From IMG/VR virus record IMGVR_UViG_3300043567_000426, positions 1 through 61,014 of that record: a DNA stretch of 61,014 bases. One strand, given 5' to 3'. A program made the translations under genes and the position numbers. The DNA comes from a virus. Lineage: Duplodnaviria > Caudoviricetes. Shown here one piece after another: positions 58,674 to 61,014 of the stretch (its first letter is position 1; each line of letters begins with the position of its first letter). Below the pieces are notes generated by a model. It was not told the origin of the DNA. It worked only from the letters and a program-made list of their open reading frames with translations, and did no database searches.

Positions 58674-61014
58674 ATGCCGATGACGCCGGGCTTGCCCTAC
58701 AATATTCGTCAAGAGCAGCAAGCACCGGCAGGGCTTGGCGCCGCTGAAGATCTGATGGTTGAGATTGAAGAGGGGCCGGACAAGCCAAAGACTGATGAGA
58801 GCGGCAAGATCTTAACGATTGAGCATGATGACGGCTCCATCACGGTATCGCTTGATGGCCGTTCGCTTGATGGCGATTCAGATGCCGCTCGCGCAGAAGA
58901 GTGGTTTGGCAATCTCGTTGAAGACATAGACCAAGCAACGCTTGGCCGCATTGCAGAAGATCTGCTTCGCGGCGTTCGCGATGACTTAGATAGCAGGCAG
59001 GATTGGATTGAAGACCGCGCCCAAGGCATGAAGCTTTTGGGCTTGAAGGTTGAGATACCAGGTTTGCAGGGCGCCGTTGACGGTGCGCCTGTTGAAGGCA
59101 TGAGCCGCGTTCGCCATCCATTGCTACTTGAAGCGGTGCTCCGCTTCCAAGCCAATGCGCGCAGCGAGTTGCTTCCAACTGACGGTCCTGTGAAGGTTCG
59201 CGATGATGCGGATAAAGATTCGCCAGAGCAGCAACAGCTTGCTGATGCGTTGGAGAACGATCTTAATCAGTATCTGACGGCGGTAGCCAAAGAATATTAT
59301 CCTGATACTGACCGCATGCTTTTCATGCTTGGCTTTGGCGGCACGGCCTTCAAAAAAGTTTACTTCTGCCCATTGCGCGGCAGACCTGTAAGCGAGACGG
59401 TCGATGCTGATGACTTGATCGTTAACAATGCGGCGACGACGCTAGACGACGCAAAGCGCATAACGCATCGCGTCTTCATGCGCCCGTCAACTGTGCGCAG
59501 ATTGCAGATCCTTGGCGTTTATCGCGACATTGATCTGACAACGCCAAATCAATATCAGGCCGATGAGGTGCAACGCCAGAAGGCAGACGTTCAAGGTATC
59601 TCGATTGATTCGATGAACCCGGACGATCGCGACCGGGAGATCTATGAGATTTATTGTGAGCTCGACATACCGGGCTTCGAGCACAAATATAAGGGGAAAG
59701 AAACTGGCCTCGAAATTCCGTATCGCGTAACGATCGATGTGAGCTCGCGAGAGATCCTCTCAATAGTGAGGAACTACGATGAGCCAACGGGAGAAGAAGG
59801 CGACGAACTGCCTGAGTCCAGAAACAATTTTATCAAATATACTTTTGTTCCTGGTATGGGTTTTTACGATATCGGTTTACTTCATATTTTGGGTAATACC
59901 ACAAACGCGGTTACTGCCGCTTGGCGCGAGATGCTCGATGCCGGCATGTATGCGAACTTCCCCGGCTTCCTTATGGCGGATACTGGCGCGCGTCAGAATA
60001 CGAATATATTCCGCGTTCCGCCGGGCGGTGGGGCGCTAGTTAAAACGGGCGGCATGCCAATCAATCAGGCCATTATGCCCTTGCCTTACAAAGAGGCTGG
60101 CGCAGGCTTGATGAACCTTGTCACCAATATTGTTGAGACGGGCCAGCGCGTTGGCGGCACGGCTGAAGTTGCTGTTGGCGAAGGGCGCAATGATGCGCCT
60201 GTCGGAACAACGATTGCGTTGATTGATCAGGCGACGAAGGTTCTCAACTCAGTTCACAAGCGCATGCATGCTTCGCAGGCAGAAGAGTTCCAGTTGCTTG
60301 TGCGTTGCTTTCGCGAACACCCAGATAGCTTCTGGAAGAAATGCCGCAAGCCATCAATTCAATGGAGCGAGGCGATCTTCATGCAAGCAGTCAATGACTG
60401 CGAGCTTGTTCCGCAAGCAGACCCAAACACCGCAAGCCATACGCAGCGCGTCATGAAGATCATGGCGTTGAAGCAATTGCAGCAACAAAACCCAGCCATG
60501 TATGATCCAAAGGCGATCGACATGGCGGCATTGAAGGCGATGGGCTGGAGCAACCCAGAACAGTTTATGGTTCCGGCTGAGACGCAGCAACAAGTCCCGC
60601 CGGAAGTCCAGAAGGCGATGGCGGAGCTTCAGATCTTGAAGCAGGAGGCAGACGCCAAGACGGCGGTTGCCCAGGCTTCGGTCCAGGAGTCGCAAGTCGA
60701 TGGCCAAGCGCGCCTGATGGACGCAGAGACCAAGCGCATCCTTGCGCAGGCGAAGCTGCAAGAGACGCAAGCCAAAAGCGGCGTAGAAGCGCCACGCGGC
60801 GAAGACCCTTGGCGCCAAGTAGACGCAGAAGCACAGATGATGGACGCAGAGACGCGCCGCATACTTGCAGAGTTAAAGGCTGCTGATCTTGGTCTTAACG
60901 TAGATAAGATGCAGATGGAATCAGATCATCGCGAAGCTGATCGCATTCTTGATTCGCATCATCGCGCTGCTGATCGTGCAACGCAGTTGGCTAAAAACAT
61001 TAATCCTGTTGAGG
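58674..61014 (+). CDS. Portal protein (runs off the window end; about 782 aa when closed through the duplication)
   Basis: ATG 58674; NL.E, SR..W, HPLL.EA...FQA.A..ELLP..GPVK, G.AFKKVY; absent from the ORF track because there is no stop. Confidence 0.85.
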   Translation, partial: MPMTPGLPYNIRQEQQAPAGLGAAEDLMVEIEEGPDKPKTDESGKILTIEHDDGSITVSLDGRSLDGDSDAARAEEWFGNLVEDIDQATLGRIAEDLLRGVRDDLDSRQDWIEDRAQGMKLLGLKVEIPGLQGAVDGAPVEGMSRVRHPLLLEAVLRFQANARSELLPTDGPVKVRDDADKDSPEQQQLADALENDLNQYLTAVAKEYYPDTDRMLFMLGFGGTAFKKVYFCPLRGRPVSETVDADDLIVNNAATTLDDAKRITHRVFMRPSTVRRLQILGVYRDIDLTTPNQYQADEVQRQKADVQGISIDSMNPDDRDREIYEIYCELDIPGFEHKYKGKETGLEIPYRVTIDVSSREILSIVRNYDEPTGEEGDELPESRNNFIKYTFVPGMGFYDIGLLHILGNTTNAVTAAWREMLDAGMYANFPGFLMADTGARQNTNIFRVPPGGGALVKTGGMPINQAIMPLPYKEAGAGLMNLVTNIVETGQRVGGTAEVAVGEGRNDAPVGTTIALIDQATKVLNSVHKRMHASQAEEFQLLVRCFREHPDSFWKKCRKPSIQWSEAIFMQAVNDCELVPQADPNTASHTQRVMKIMALKQLQQQNPAMYDPKAIDMAALKAMGWSNPEQFMVPAETQQQVPPEVQKAMAELQILKQEADAKTAVAQASVQESQVDGQARLMDAETKRILAQAKLQETQAKSGVEAPRGEDPWRQVDAEAQMMDAETRRILAELKAADLGLNVDKMQMESDHREADRILDSHHRAADRATQLAKNINPVE
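59827..61014 (+). repeat. Terminal duplication, copy 2 (matches 1-1188)
   Basis: Direct comparison. Confidence 0.95.

Overview
The window is an essentially complete, circularly permuted dsDNA phage genome with a unit length of about 59.8 kb. Bases 1-1188 recur at 59827-61014 with about 3% mostly synonymous differences. The layout is podovirus-like: terminase, portal, GroES, scaffold, Mu-gpT-like major capsid protein, collagen-like and Gly-rich fibre genes, GH108 lysis cassette, nozzle and ejection proteins, then a replication/recombination block (Prim-Pol/helicase, PD-(D/E)XK nuclease, RuvC-like) and a cluster of small early genes. GcrA, GapR and DnaA-C-like genes and CTTGAC-N17-CTAT-type promoters point to an alphaproteobacterial host. 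I recognised no integrase or repressor. The standout locus is 44653-46596: a stand-alone Cas7/RAMP-like gene and an unknown ORF interleaved with nine non-coding tracts built from strictly phased 5-nt units (semi-conserved CGC-like triplet plus variable NN). Reading only the NN dinucleotides and skipping every third target base, two tracts spell conserved tyrosine-integrase motifs (W-D-x-E-L-R-G-F-G-L-R-I-x-P-S and I-T-P-H-x-x-R-H-T-A-A-T). This suggests an RNA-guided, wobble-skipping system aimed at other mobile elements. All family calls come from motif recognition by eye; no searches were run.
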